Shown piece by piece: positions 45,855-58,060 of a stretch of 64,000 nt of DNA. The DNA comes from Amphiscolops sp. MND2022 (lineage: Eukaryota). The translations under genes were made by a program, and so were the position numbers. The notes beneath the pieces are model-generated. The model saw nothing but the letters and a program-made list of their open reading frames with translations, was not told where the DNA came from and made no database searches. Position 1 is the first letter of the stretch; each line of letters starts with the position of its first letter. The DNA lies in assembly GCA_964187785.1 (NCBI GenBank), contig OZ076409.1:4528001-4592000 (forward strand), in the 5' to 3' direction.

Positions 45855-48271
45855 TATCTGAATGCACACTATTGTCAGAATTTTCATCTATTTCACAAAG
45901 CCAACAAATACCCGAAGTAGTATCCATAAGACTCGAAAACCTTTTTTCCTTGACTGGAAACATTTTTAAAAACATTTTTTGAAAAAAATCAAGGAAAAAT
46001 CATGTCTTTGGAAAAGTCTCATTGTGCCGGTAAAAGGGTTTTAAGCTCGCAAAACGCTTTTTCGAAGCCGAAAATATTTATAAAAGTGAATGGGTGCCCT
46101 TTTACTAAATGAATTTTTTTTCGAAACAAAGTCGCCGTTGGTCTCTAGATTTGCAAGCAAAAAGTTTTTGTTCCAACGCAGGTTTCGAACCCACGTACGT
46201 ACACTCAGTGGAACTCACTGAAAGATTATGAATTTGAACTTTTAGAAACACTTACAGAAAAATGGTAGTTCGCTGGTCAATAAAATCGCCGACTAAAACT
46301 GAAGAATTTTTTTTGACGTGAATGAAACGTAGATCATTAGCGTAACATACAAAACTGGACGAGACTAAAGGGTCCCCTTTCGATTTTATCGATATTTTGC
46401 AACAATGGATGCAAAAAATTCCAAAGGGTCCCCCTTTTAGCGCGCCAGTTCGGTCTTTTGTTGGAAGTTTTCACCCAATAACTTTTCTTGCACATGTTTT
46501 CGTTGCTCATTTGTAGCTCACGCGTTCAAGAACCGTTTATCGAACGTCTTCGATGGTAATAATATGCTAAAAATTAATATGTTTTTGGTCTTGCGCTATC
46601 GACGTTTTTGTTTCTCTATGAATGTTCAATTTCAACATTGTATCCTGTAAAAAAACTGAAATCGGTCTGATCGCTTCTTACTACAGAATTTGGTCTCAAA
46701 ATTAACTATGTAGAAACGTTTTTTTCTCATGATATCCTATATAGGATACTATTCATAGATTATTCGCTCTGTATATTGAAAACCCTTTTCAAAAATAGAG
46801 AGGGTTATTCCTGGTGATTCAGTTAGAGCGGAAGACTGTTCACAAAACTTCATTAGCGGATATCCAGCACTCCAGGCGTGCTTATTTGACCTGGCTTCGA
46901 CCTCCTTTGGCTGTCATATTTGCTATCTGCAAATCTTTCACAGCAGAATGGTGGCCCCGGGATGAGAAAATGAAAATTCTGAAGAAGTTGCAACACCTTG
47001 TCGCGGATAACTCGCAATGCCTAATCGAGCGCGATTCCAGAAACAAAACAAACAAATACAGTATGGCGCGAAATTTGAATTATTATGTAAGAAGTCTTAA
47101 CATGGTGCTCGTATCTGAAAACGGTGCTTCTAATTGGCTCAATGCGCTTCGCCTACAGAACATGTCTTCTTCCTTCGCACCAAATCGTAAGAATTCAGAG
47201 ACGGTTTAGCCTCGTCTGCAACGATGTTGAAATCAAACAGAAACGTCAGCCGTTAGAAGAGACATTCGATAGTAAATCAACGAGCTCTGAGGATGAGGCC
47301 GGATTAGACATTGAAGCAAACGGACTCTGACTGGAGATTCTGCCGAAGTATATTGGATGTAAAAATCTTAAACCCTTTTGCTAAAATCTATAATCTATAC
47401 ATGTGCTCTGTTCTGCATTGGGCATGGTATCGAAGAAAAACAAACAGCATGTTTTCACCAACTGTTTTCTTAGGCTGTTCCAAAATGACACCTGGTTTTT
47501 CGCGCGAAAACTTGAGTATCAATTCTCGATGAGTGAAATTTTTGGGTTGCCAGCGAGTAACGATTGTTTCAAGCGACATTGAACCAAGCACTGAGCGAGA
47601 GTTTCTATCATTCACTGAAAATGAGGCACATTTTTTTCTGCTAAGACCAATTAAAGGTATTGAGAAAATATTGCCATTCGTTTCAGCTCAAAACGAAGCG
47701 TTCACGGAAGAATCTACTGGTTGATTGAATTTAAACCATCATTGACATGGTGAGCTGAATGGATCCCTAGGTCTCGCCACTGGGCCAGTGATAATGTAAA
47801 CCAGCCGGGAACGGCCCAAATCGCCCCCCCCCCTGTTGAAGCTCAAAAAAGGTTTTTCGATTATTGAGAAAGTGTAATGAAGCTCACTCTGCCAAAAAAC
47901 CAAAAAGCGGAGCCTTCGGGCTCGAAAAACTCTTTACCTCAACTGAAAACATCAAAATAACCCTATCTTTTGAAATGAAATTTTCGAAAAAGTCAGTGCT
48001 GTCCCGTCTAGCTATGCAAACAACGTGAAAGTATATCATTTGAGCTTTAGTCACGACTGCAAAAAAATATAAGACTAAATTTATAAGGAAGCGCGTCAAA
48101 GAAGTTTCTCATATTTCTGATCCCATTTTCTAATCCTAAGAATTTTTTCATCCTAAGAATAAATCACAAATGGCGCCCCACATCACTAGAGCACTTCCTG
48201 TTAGACGAAGCCGAAAAGCGTCAAATAGTATGCATTCTTGTTACACTTGAAAGCCTTGACTCTAAAAATTG

Positions 48272-48776
48272 AACAAGACGGAAACGTCTAAAGTCGGCGC
48301 TATATCTAAGGCTCAAAAAGCGCAAAAGACTTTTATTTGAAAAAAACTTGAAATTTTTGAATTTTTTTCTTTCAGAAAATGTCGCATAGTGCCGAAAAAT
48401 GTAAAAGGGGGGACCTTTTTTGATTTATAAACATGCATTCTCTTGCAAAATAACAAAAAACTCAAAAAGGGGGGACCCTTTGGGACATTAAAAAATTTTC
48501 GAAAAAAAGTCGCACAGTGCCGAAAAAATCAAAAAGGGGGACACTTTAGTCTCGGCCGGTTTTGTAGGTTACGTTAAAATAGTAAAAAATGAAAGGGGGA
48601 CCCTTTTGCACTAATTTCCGCTGACCGGACTTGGCCTTATGGTTGTAGTTTTAGTAGTTTCGATTGTAAGAAAAGTGGCCCAATCAGAGTGAGATTGTAG
48701 TCTGACGAAAAAAAAAGAAAAAAACTAGCCACTCTAATAGTCGGGCACTTTTCACTAGAAAAGCGCCGACTAAAAA
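48272..48776 (-). mobile_element. Helentron-like family A copy immediately upstream of the PNP first acceptor
   Basis: AACAAGACGGAAACGTCT hairpin end ... GCGCCGACTAAAAA. Confidence 0.72.
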
Positions 48777-48813
48777 CAAATTGAGAAGAGTACATTTTTT
48801 TTTCAGAACAAGA

Positions 48814-51800
48814 ATGTCTGCCCCCCAATCATCGACCACCACGATCGACTATGAGACAGTGTGCACCATCAAAGATGACGTTCTGTCCAAGGTTGTTATG
48901 TTTAAAGCAAGCTGTTCTAAACCAGCTTGAAAAAAACTGTTTAAAACACAAACACTTTTGAAAAACACATTGTTTTTCATATTTTTTAAAGCAAAGGGCC
49001 CACCCTTTTCGGCATGTTATGTTTTTTGTCATGTTGTGTTTTTTCATTTGTTTTATAACAGCACAAAAATCTGTTAGCGGTGGAGATAGCTTGCAAACTG
49101 TGTTTTCTGTACCGAGAACCAACTCGATAATTTGATCTTACAATACTGTGATTCTTCCTGAAATTTGAAATGAAAAATTTATTTGGAAATTTGTTTTTTT
49201 TGATATAGCAAAAATCAGATGAAAAAACAATAAACAAAAAAGACTTTTCGAAAAAAAACATGTTTAATTGTATAAAATGAAAACAATTGTATAAAAATAT
49301 AGCAACCCTGGTTCTGTCCAGATGGGCGACTACCGGCCGGAGATTGGCATCATTCTGGGCTCTGGGTTGGGGGGTCTGGGTGAACACATTGAGAAGCCAG
49401 TGTTCATAGACTACAAGGACATCAAGGGGTTCCCCAGTTCCACCGTTGTCGGCCATAAAGGTTCCTTTCTCCCGTGCAAAGTTATTGAAATGAATGTTCA
49501 TTAAAAAAAGAAAAAAATGGAAAAAATTGGCTCTTCTGGACGCAAGGGTTCAGTAGCTCAACATTTTCATATTTGATGGGGGATCGCACTGATTGTTCCT
49601 TTTTGACGAGAAAAGATCAATATTTCAGTGTATTGAAGCGATAAAGCGACGGGGTTTCCCCAAAAAAAGCGCATGAGCGCTTTTTGAATTGATATTTTGT
49701 ATCAATTTGTTTTCAAAATATCACTTTTTATTAGGCCAAGTAGTCTGTGAACTTCTTTTATTGTCGTCCTAAGAAATCTAAAAGTGGTTTTAATTATATT
49801 TTTTTCAGACTTTGTTGATTTCACGTTTCGTTTAAAGTACACTTCACGAAATTGACTGACAATGTTTTTTGAATGAGCGTATTAGCGGCCTAAGCGGAAA
49901 GTGCCGACGAAATAAGCGCAAGCGCTCAAAAGTGCAAACTTCGTAAGCGATCAATACACTGCAATATTTCCACAGTGTTGTCTTTGTTTCCGGTTTTGAA
50001 AAAGCAGCGGTTTCCAGCACTGATTTATTTATTGTATAGCGCGGCTTGAGTATTTGGATCTGTCGAAAATACCTCGCTTTGCAATGGGGCGCTTTAGCCT
50101 TCTTATAAAGAAACGCGCGTTTCTTTATAAATAAGTTACAAAAACTTCGGCAAATGGAGGCATGTGTCAAGGGTGTGCGTTCATTTCACCCCACATTGTA
50201 ATCATACAAAAGCGTCTCGCCGTAATTAACGACTAAAATTTATTGCCTACTGTCTAAATTGTCAGGTTCTGACCATACGTGATTAATAAAACTGAATACG
50301 TAAATTTTTGCTGAAGATTCGCAGCATCCATAGTTGAAGATTTGATTACGCAACGAGAGCTCCTTTCTGAACGATTGACAGAAACGCTGATCTTTTTCAG
50401 CGTCGTGTTCAGAAATTTTACAATTCCGATTAGTGAAACTTTTGGGTTCCGTTTTCGTAGTTCACATAGCAAGAGCATCGTTTGATTATCTAATTATTAT
50501 TTCTGCTTTAGCAGGAATATTATTGAAATCTCAAAATGTCTACTTTTTTTCAGTACAATTCTTGGCACGATACTGAATAATTCAGATATTTTGTTCGGCA
50601 GTGACTGTAAGCGTGAGAATTAAATTTCTCAAGCTGCCGACCAAAATTCAATTCTCGTGCGATGGAACGAGCGAGTGGTAATTATGCATTCGTAAGCTGA
50701 CGTCATTGAGATGAAGCGAGCGAACGTTCGTAATTGTGCTTTCGTTGCGACGAGTTATTGAGATGAAGCGAATGAGTGTTAATTATACTTTCGCGGAGAG
50801 CTTCGCCTGCATTCAAATATATATTTGCTTTAGTCCGAGATTTACTACTATTAGTACTAAAAGACTGAATTGATTCTAGTCAGAAATTGATTCTAGAAAA
50901 AAATACTTGATGATATTTACATGTACAGATTTTTTAACAACAGTTTTAAAGGCGGTATAAACTAGTACAGTGCTTAATTGTGCGCCAAATAATGATTTAA
51001 CAGGAGTGTATTGGTATTCCAGATATGATTCTATTATTAATGAAAGATTAAAGCAGAAATAATAGTGTGCCCCGGAGGGGCCTATTTTTGGTAATTAGGT
51101 TCAAGACGTTTTTCTTTTAGCGCTAAGATCGAAAATGTGTGACTAGTCATTAATCTGAGGCAAACATTTGATAATTTCAATGTGGTGTGAAATGAACGGG
51201 GGGCGGGGGGGGGGGGGTTGAAATGAACGGGGAAGTGAAATTATAGTGAACCGTCTTAAGAACTAAAACATGGAAATACTGTTTTAAAAGATACAATTCT
51301 AGATTATGATCAATAGAGGTGCACCGAACTGGAAAATTTTCGTCCGGCCGGACAACCGGATGACAAAATTGATCCGGATATCGCCGGACCATACTTTATC
51401 CTCAACTATAAGCGATGAAAGACTGTTTTCAGAATTGGGCAATGAGTATGACGAAAAGCTAAGTAAACATTTGCTCCAAAGTGGGGGAAAATATTCCACT
51501 TTTTCTTCAACATCATAATGACTGCTGTAATCGAGAAATGAATATTTAAAGTGGCAATAAATGCGTGAGTGTCGAATTCCGGGTTTTAATCTGAAATATG
51601 CGATCATTTGTATAGATATATTTGTCCGGCCGGATTCCGTCAAAAGTCCGACCGAGCGGGATATTTTTTCGAACCCCGGCGGGATATCGGATCAGACTTG
51701 ATGTCCGGATATCGGACCGGACTTGATGTCCGGATATCGGACCGGACTTGATATCCAGATATCGGACCGGACTTATGTCCGGATATCGGACCGGACTTGA

Positions 51801-54800
51801 TGTCCGGTACGCCTCTAATGACCGGTACACAAGAAATCATCATAGCGGGCAGTTTTTTGGGTTTAGGCAGATTCGTATGTGGACTTCTATCTGGCAAGCA
51901 AGTGCTGTGTATGCAGGGAAGGTTCCATTGTTACGAAGGCTATCCCCCCTCGCTAGTGACTCTGCCCATCCGAGTGATGTCTCTGCTGGGAGTAAAGTCG
52001 CTCCTGGTCACCAACGCCTCGGGGGGTCTCAATGACTCATTCAACGTGGGTGACCTCATGATCATCAGAGACCACATCAACTTGGCTGGTTAGTGAGAAA
52101 CAAGACAGGAACGTCTTAGGTCGGCGCTATATCCAAGGCTCAAAAAGCGCAAAGTTTTTAAAATATGCCCAGGACGTATTTATGAAAAGCTCAGAAAGCA
52201 GTTTCGAGACACCCAAAGGGTGCTTTTCATGCTCGATAAGACTCGGAAACCACCTTTTGCCCAACTGGAAACAAAAAAAAACTTTTTTGAAAAAATCTGT
52301 TTTTCTTTCGAAAAATGTCGCATAGTGCCGAAAAAGTAAAAGGGGGGACCCTTTCGAATTTATCAACATACATTCTGTTGCAAAATATTTTTCAAAATGA
52401 AGAGGGACCATTTGATGCAATCAAAAAATTCCGAGAAAAAGTCTCACAGTTGAAAAAACTGATAGCGCCGCATAAAGTTTTTGGAATATCAGATCTCTTG
52501 ACTGGAAGTACAAAGATTATCTAGTGGTAGGATCAGACTTGAAGAACAGTCATCCTAGAGTATCATGGTTGAAAAAATATTCTTACAAGAGTTCATCAGG
52601 AGACATTCGGAAAGAGCGGATGCAGAAGAATTGTTCCTGGGCAATATTTGGCAATAGACCCCAAAGGCAGCATTGGAAAATAGCAATGGTGTCTTTTGAA
52701 CAAATCGCTGTTTGAAGAGTATTCTATAATCGTCGGAAATTATATGGTTTCATGGGAAGCACCCGAGGGATTGTCAGATTTATGACAGCCCTCCCTGGTG
52801 AACTATAGCACTGATGGATGACTCTACGATTGCTTGTTGGCGGCGTGTCACTCTGCAGCCTCTGAGACAGAGGACGGTATAATCATAATTTCTGACCCCA
52901 TTCTAGGCGAAATGCGAAGCTAAGTATCAAAACAAGCCGGGAACAGCATAATGACGAACAGCAATTTTGTAGAACTTTGTAGAACTATTTGTCAGTTCGT
53001 TTGGATTTTAACAAGCCGGGAACGGCCCAAGTTGGCGGCCATATCTAAGGCTCAAAAACAGCAAAAGGACTTCAAAGTGTCAAAGTATTCTCTTCTACGG
53101 TACCGGAAAAACCCAAAAGTTGAACCGAATTGGCGCACCAGAGGGGACACTTTGAAATTTTTCATCCATTCTGTCGCAAATCATCAAAAAAAATTGAAGG
53201 AGGGGCACTTTTGGTGAAAAAAAAATTGAAAAAAAGTCTCACAATGCCGAAAAAACTGAAAGGGGGACCCTTTGGGATTTTTCAACATCCGTTCTGTCGG
53301 AAAACTCCAAAAAAATTGAAGGGGGACCTTTTTGGGGAAAATTTTTTTTTTCGAAAAAAAAAGTTCGAGCCGAAAATACTCTAAGGGTCCCTTTGAGTTT
53401 CTTGGATGTAAAAATACTACTTCGCAAGCTGTTAAAGTATGTCAAATTTGCTAAGTAAGAATTGTAAGATTTTAAGATTGTAAGAGTTGTAAGAAAAGTG
53501 GACCGATCAGTGTGAGGATTGTAGTCTGAAGAAAAAAAGGTCACTGCTATAGTCGGGCATTTTTCCTTAAAAGGATAAAGCGCCGACTAAAAAAGACTTA
53601 CTCGTATAGTCGCGTTTCACTTCATGATGCGCCGACTAACTAGTGAGGTGAAGTAAGCTAAACTATAGTTTGAGCATGCCCCATCCTCGCTGAGTTGGCG
53701 TTCGCTTGAGGCTCAAAAAGCGCAAAGATCCTTTTTTTAAAAAATTTTCGTGTCAATAAAAAGATTTTTTAGATGAAAACCAAAAACAATAAAAAAGGGG
53801 TCCTTTGATTAAATGAAAAAAAAATTCGCGGAAAGTCGCACTATGTCGAAAAACCACGAAGCTCGATTGTTGAAACAGTGTCTCAAATTTTGGCTCTCTG
53901 TGCAAAAAGAGATTTTAAAAAAAGTCTCCTTTTGCAATAGCTTGCGAAGGTTCGCCGAGACCGAGAGCTGCTACTTTCGAAAGTGAAACGGTGTTTCGAC
54001 ACGCGAATTTACACTGATTTATCGTCGATTTGCGTTTTTAAATTTGAATTGCCCCATATTAACGGAGATTTCGTAAATCAATTGAAATTATAATGATAAT
54101 TTAAATTAATTTCATATCCAATTTTTGAATGTTTATCACTGCCCACAACTGAATTACAACCGAACAGTTTGGATTCAACACTTTGAAACAAAACATCAGT
54201 TTTGCAGCTTTTTCGTTGCACAGCCGATTTCCATGCTCATCCAGGCAAACTGTTGGAACCGAGCAAATTATCAAAGCCTGAAATTTCTTTGTCACTTATA
54301 ACAGCTGTTTTTAACAAGGAATGAAAAAAAAACATGTTTTGAACATACAATGAAAAAAATGTTTTTAGGAGTATAGAGGTGTTAGGTATACAACGGGGAT
54401 AAGGACGATCCGAATCCTTGATTCATTGTCAGTTTTACGACTCCTTAAAATTTTAAATTTTAAAAATTTAAGGTGTTGATTGTATGAAATTTTCTGTCAT
54501 GATGATTATAAGTTTTCTAATATTTCCTCTCCCAGACGCTCTTCATGTGTTTTCCGGTCTTTCCGCCTTTCTTTTCTGATCTGATAAAATGAGAGTTTTC
54601 TGATCCTCTTTCGTCACTGTCAATCTTTTACACCTTTTTTAGTCGGCGCATTTTAGTCGAAAATATGCCCGACTATTACAGTGGGTAGCTTTTTTTAGAC
54701 ACGAAAGGTCCACTTTTTTGTTCAGTTCATTTGTTCAACAACTTGGGGGAGGTTCAAAACACTCGAAATCTCAGAACCTTGTGGAAAACAAAAAAGAAAC

Positions 54801-57466
54801 AAACGGACGTCCTGGAAAACATAATAAGGGTCCAATGTTAGACATTTCCAATTTTTTTTCGGCACTATGCGACTTTTTCCGAAATATTTTTTTGTCTCCA
54901 AAGGGTCCCCCTTCAATTTTTTAAAAAATATTTTGCAGCAAACTGAAGTTTCAAAAAGCCCAAAGGGTCTCCATTTTTACAATTTTAAAAACTTTGCGCT
55001 TTTTAAGCCTTAGATATAGCGCCGACTTTAGACGTTCCCGTCTTGTTTGACTGTTCTCTTTGTCGGCTTGTACTTTCACTTTCAACTGGAAATCTCTTCA
55101 GCTGGCATTTGTGGATATTATCGCGGCACAGTCTGCGCAGAGACTATGTAAACAAAAGCTTCGCTTCGCGCTGAGTCTCGTTGAAGCCGTGATGAGATTT
55201 TCTCAGCCTTAGCAGGACATTAACTTTTATGGGAGGTCGTAAAATTGAAAAAAAAATTCAAGGATTCTGTGGAGGATTCGGATCGTCCTTACCCCTGTTG
55301 TATACCTACCAAATCCCTATACTACTGTTTTTTATTTTGTTTTTTTTTCACTACATCCTTATGTCTTCTGTTATTGGTAATAATTTTAGTGATTAGTATG
55401 TGATTAGTGTTTTTCTTCCTTTCAGATTCTAATTGAAATGCGCCGACAGAAGGATGACATTTGGCGAAATTTCAATGAAGTTGATGCAAATTGTTTATAT
55501 TCACCAAAAAAATTGACAGCATTATATGTTTTCATTTGACGAGTCTGCAGTTATTTTGCTATTCTTTGGAAAACACAGTGAAAAATAAAAACATTTTTTT
55601 GGAAGAAAGCTATAAAACAAACAAGCCGGGAACGGCCCAAGTCGGCGCCATATCGAAGGCTCAAAAAGACTCGAAAACGAAAACCACTTTTTCTACAACT
55701 GGAGACAACAAAATCTCTCAAAAAGCTAAAAATCGAGAAAAAAATTTCCGAATTTTTTTCGAAATTTTTTTGAAGTTTCCGGTAAGTCGCATAGTGCCGA
55801 AAAATGTAAAAGGGGGACGCTTTGGGATTTTTTGAACATCCATTCTGTTGCAAAATATCAAAAATTGATGGAAGGAACAGTAAAAAAGAATCGGAAAAAA
55901 ATCAGTCTCAGTGCCGAAAAAAGGAGGAAAGTCTCAGTGTCGAAAAAAGTGGACCCTTCTGCTTTGGAATGGCTTTTTATCTCATGTTAGAGGCTTTGGA
56001 TGCGTTGAAAATGAAGTAGTAAGTACATATGGTAAAAGTTGGTAAATGTGCATTAATGCACAAGTAAGAGTCGGGATTTTCTTCGAAAACGCCGACTAAA
56101 AACGTTTAAATCACAACCTTGTCACTTGTTGATGGATGTTTGGAATTGTATGTTTCAGGCATGGTGGGTTGTCTGAACCCCTTGATCGGACACAACGAAC
56201 CCAGGTACGGGGGCGAGAGGTTTATCCCCACAAGCAAGGCCTATGACAAGGAGTACTCGGACCTGTTTCGCCGGTGTGCAGAGAAACACAACTTCTCCCA
56301 ATTCGTGAGGGAGGGTGTGTATATATTCCTGTCTGGACCCTGTTTCGAAAGCATCGCAGAAGCCAAGATGCTCAAGACGATGGGCGCAGATGCTGTTGGC
56401 ATGTCTACTGTTCCAGAGGTAGTACAACGGAAGTGTTGAATATTAAAATGCCAAAAGTCAACGAGACGGAAACGTCTAAAGTCAGCGCCATATCTAACGC
56501 TCAAAAAGCGCTGATTTGAAATATGCGAAAGACGTTTTCATGAAAAACTCATGTTTCGCACCTCCGCCTCCTCCTTACTAAAACGCAATATAGTTCGGAT
56601 ATAACGTCTAAAGTTCGGATATAGCGCTTAACCCTGGATATTACGAGGGGGACTTCAATGAAATCGAAGGGGGGCCTTTGAAGACAAAAAAAATTCAAAA
56701 AAGTCTCACAGCGCCGAAAAAATTGAAGGAGGGACCCTTTACTCTCATCCGGTTTTGTATGTTAGGATCTTTTCTGTTAATCCCCCCCCCCCCCCCACCA
56801 ATTTAATTCCCCCCCCAGTTAAGCGGTCAAGTGAAATTATCACTGAATCAATAGTAACAACCAATCAAATTGCAGTATTTTATAACTCTAACTGCAACTG
56901 AAACTCATCGCTGATAGTGGTGGGGAATTAAAATTTATGCGCTTACTGTGGGGGGGAATTAACAGAAAAGATCCGTATGTTACGTTTAAAAAGTAAAAAC
57001 TGAAAGGGGGAGTCACCCTTTTTTGGAGTTTTGCGACAGAATGGATGTTGAAAAATCCCAAAGGGTGTCCTCCCTTTCAGTTTTTTCGGCATTGTGAGAC
57101 TTTTTTTCATTTTTTTTTCATTCACCAATACTTTAACTTTGTCATTTTGTTATTTTTGAGCCTTAGATATGGCGCCGACTTCAGACGGTCCCGGCTTGTT
57201 CCTACTTCTCAGTGTAGTGTCGAGGCTAACGAAATTGTTTTTGAAATCCTGGTTGAAACATGTTTATCTTTTTGACACCCATTTAGGTCATCGTTGCGCT
57301 TCACTGTGGAATGAGAGTGCTCGGCGTGTCTCTCGTCACCAATGCGGTCATTACGTCATATGACGTCACTCAAACAGCCAATCACGAAGAGGTTCTTGAG
57401 ACGGGTCGCCAACGCGCTGAAGACATGGTTAAGCTCGTCAAGGAATTCATATCTTCTTTGCAATAG
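48814..57466 (+). CDS. PNP: Purine nucleoside phosphorylase (trimeric, inosine/guanosine type), 5 exons, 292 aa
   Basis: Exons 48814-48891, 49322-49460, 51867-52088, 56159-56418 and 57287-57466 join in frame (879 nt including TAG). Motifs: [66 protein letters not shown] (Asn, not the Asp of MTAP), ANHEEVL. Confidence 0.95.
48888..49310. mobile_element. hAT-like MITE forming PNP intron 1
   Basis: TIRs CAAGGTTGTTATGTTT / AAATATAGCAACCCTG (13/16); perfect 8-bp TSD GTTCTGTC. Confidence 0.85.
50498..51089 (+). mobile_element. Helentron-like family C (representative)
   Basis: subTIRs ATTTCTGCTTT / AAAGCAGAAAT, then hairpin GCCCCGGAGGGGC and a T-run. Other copies at about 7670-8115, 8288-8838, 20745-21527, 27726-28199 and 32915-33410. 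Confidence 0.7.
51314..51817. mobile_element. hAT-like MITE with subterminal 24-bp tandem repeats
   Basis: TIRs TAGAGGTGCACCG / CGGTACGCCTCTA; about five copies of GATATCGGACCGGACTTGATGTCC(G) at about 51683-51807. Confidence 0.7.
52474..52705 (+). pseudogene. SF3B3: decayed SF3B3 (SAP130) N-terminal fragment inside PNP intron 3
   Basis: 52594-52668 translates [25 protein letters not shown]. Upstream, across frameshifts, are [19 protein letters not shown] and VILEY. Contains stops and deletions. Confidence 0.85.
54635..55047 (+). mobile_element. Helentron-like family A copy
   Basis: TTAGTCGGCGC ... GCGCCGACTTTAGACGTTCCCGTCTTGTT. Further copies at about 9420-10230, 22437-22875, 24730-25145, 53010-53592, 55620-56102 and 62340-62866. 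Confidence 0.7.
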
Positions 57467-57561
57467 AACAAAGAAACACTATCTTGAAAACTGTGTGTCA
57501 ACGAATGTCAAGGTTCGTGAAACTCGAGATTGCTGGAAAGGTCACAAGTTTTTGAGGTCAC

Positions 57562-57567
57562 AATAAA
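57562..57567 (+). promoter_or_regulatory. candidate polyadenylation signal of PNP
   Basis: AATAAA about 95 nt downstream of the stop codon. Confidence 0.4.
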
Positions 57568-58060
57568 CTCTTCATATCACTTTGCTCTGTGACGTCATTA
57601 TGAATCATTTGTTACTCTTGGGTTGACCCGTGAAACTCGCAATAATGCGATGCCTTATTCCATTGACCTCGTTTTGGAAAGAGTTAAATAAAATAGGATT
57701 GTTTCCTTCATGAAAGACACGATTTTGACCGAGAATCATGAAAGCCTCTTGGTTGCTAAAAAGGAATCGCAATTGTGCCAAAGTGTCGAGTTTCTGGGTC
57801 CATGAAGTTTTGAACACTTGATTTGCATCTTGATAATTCTGTAAAGTCTGGTTTGTTTATTTGTTGTTGACTGGCTGATCAATGAAATGTATATTATAGA
57901 TAAAAATAATACCGTCAATCGTTTTAGACCGATGCTCGAAAGATTTCATTCATTCGACAAAATTCTTAGGAACGAAAGAATTCTTCGTTCCCTGTTCAGA
58001 ATGTTTTTTGTACTTCTGTTATAAACTTTATTTGAATTATAACAAAAGTCGATACTTTTT

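Noticed and set aside
51640..51897. 24-bp direct repeats resembling a CRISPR array or repeat protein
   Set aside because: The repeats are head-to-tail with no unique spacers and lie inside a TIR element in a eukaryotic intron.
49461..57286. TE origin for PNP introns 2-4 and the remaining par-3 introns
   Set aside because: No TIR pair or TSD is visible at their boundaries; an older TE origin cannot be excluded but is unsupported.
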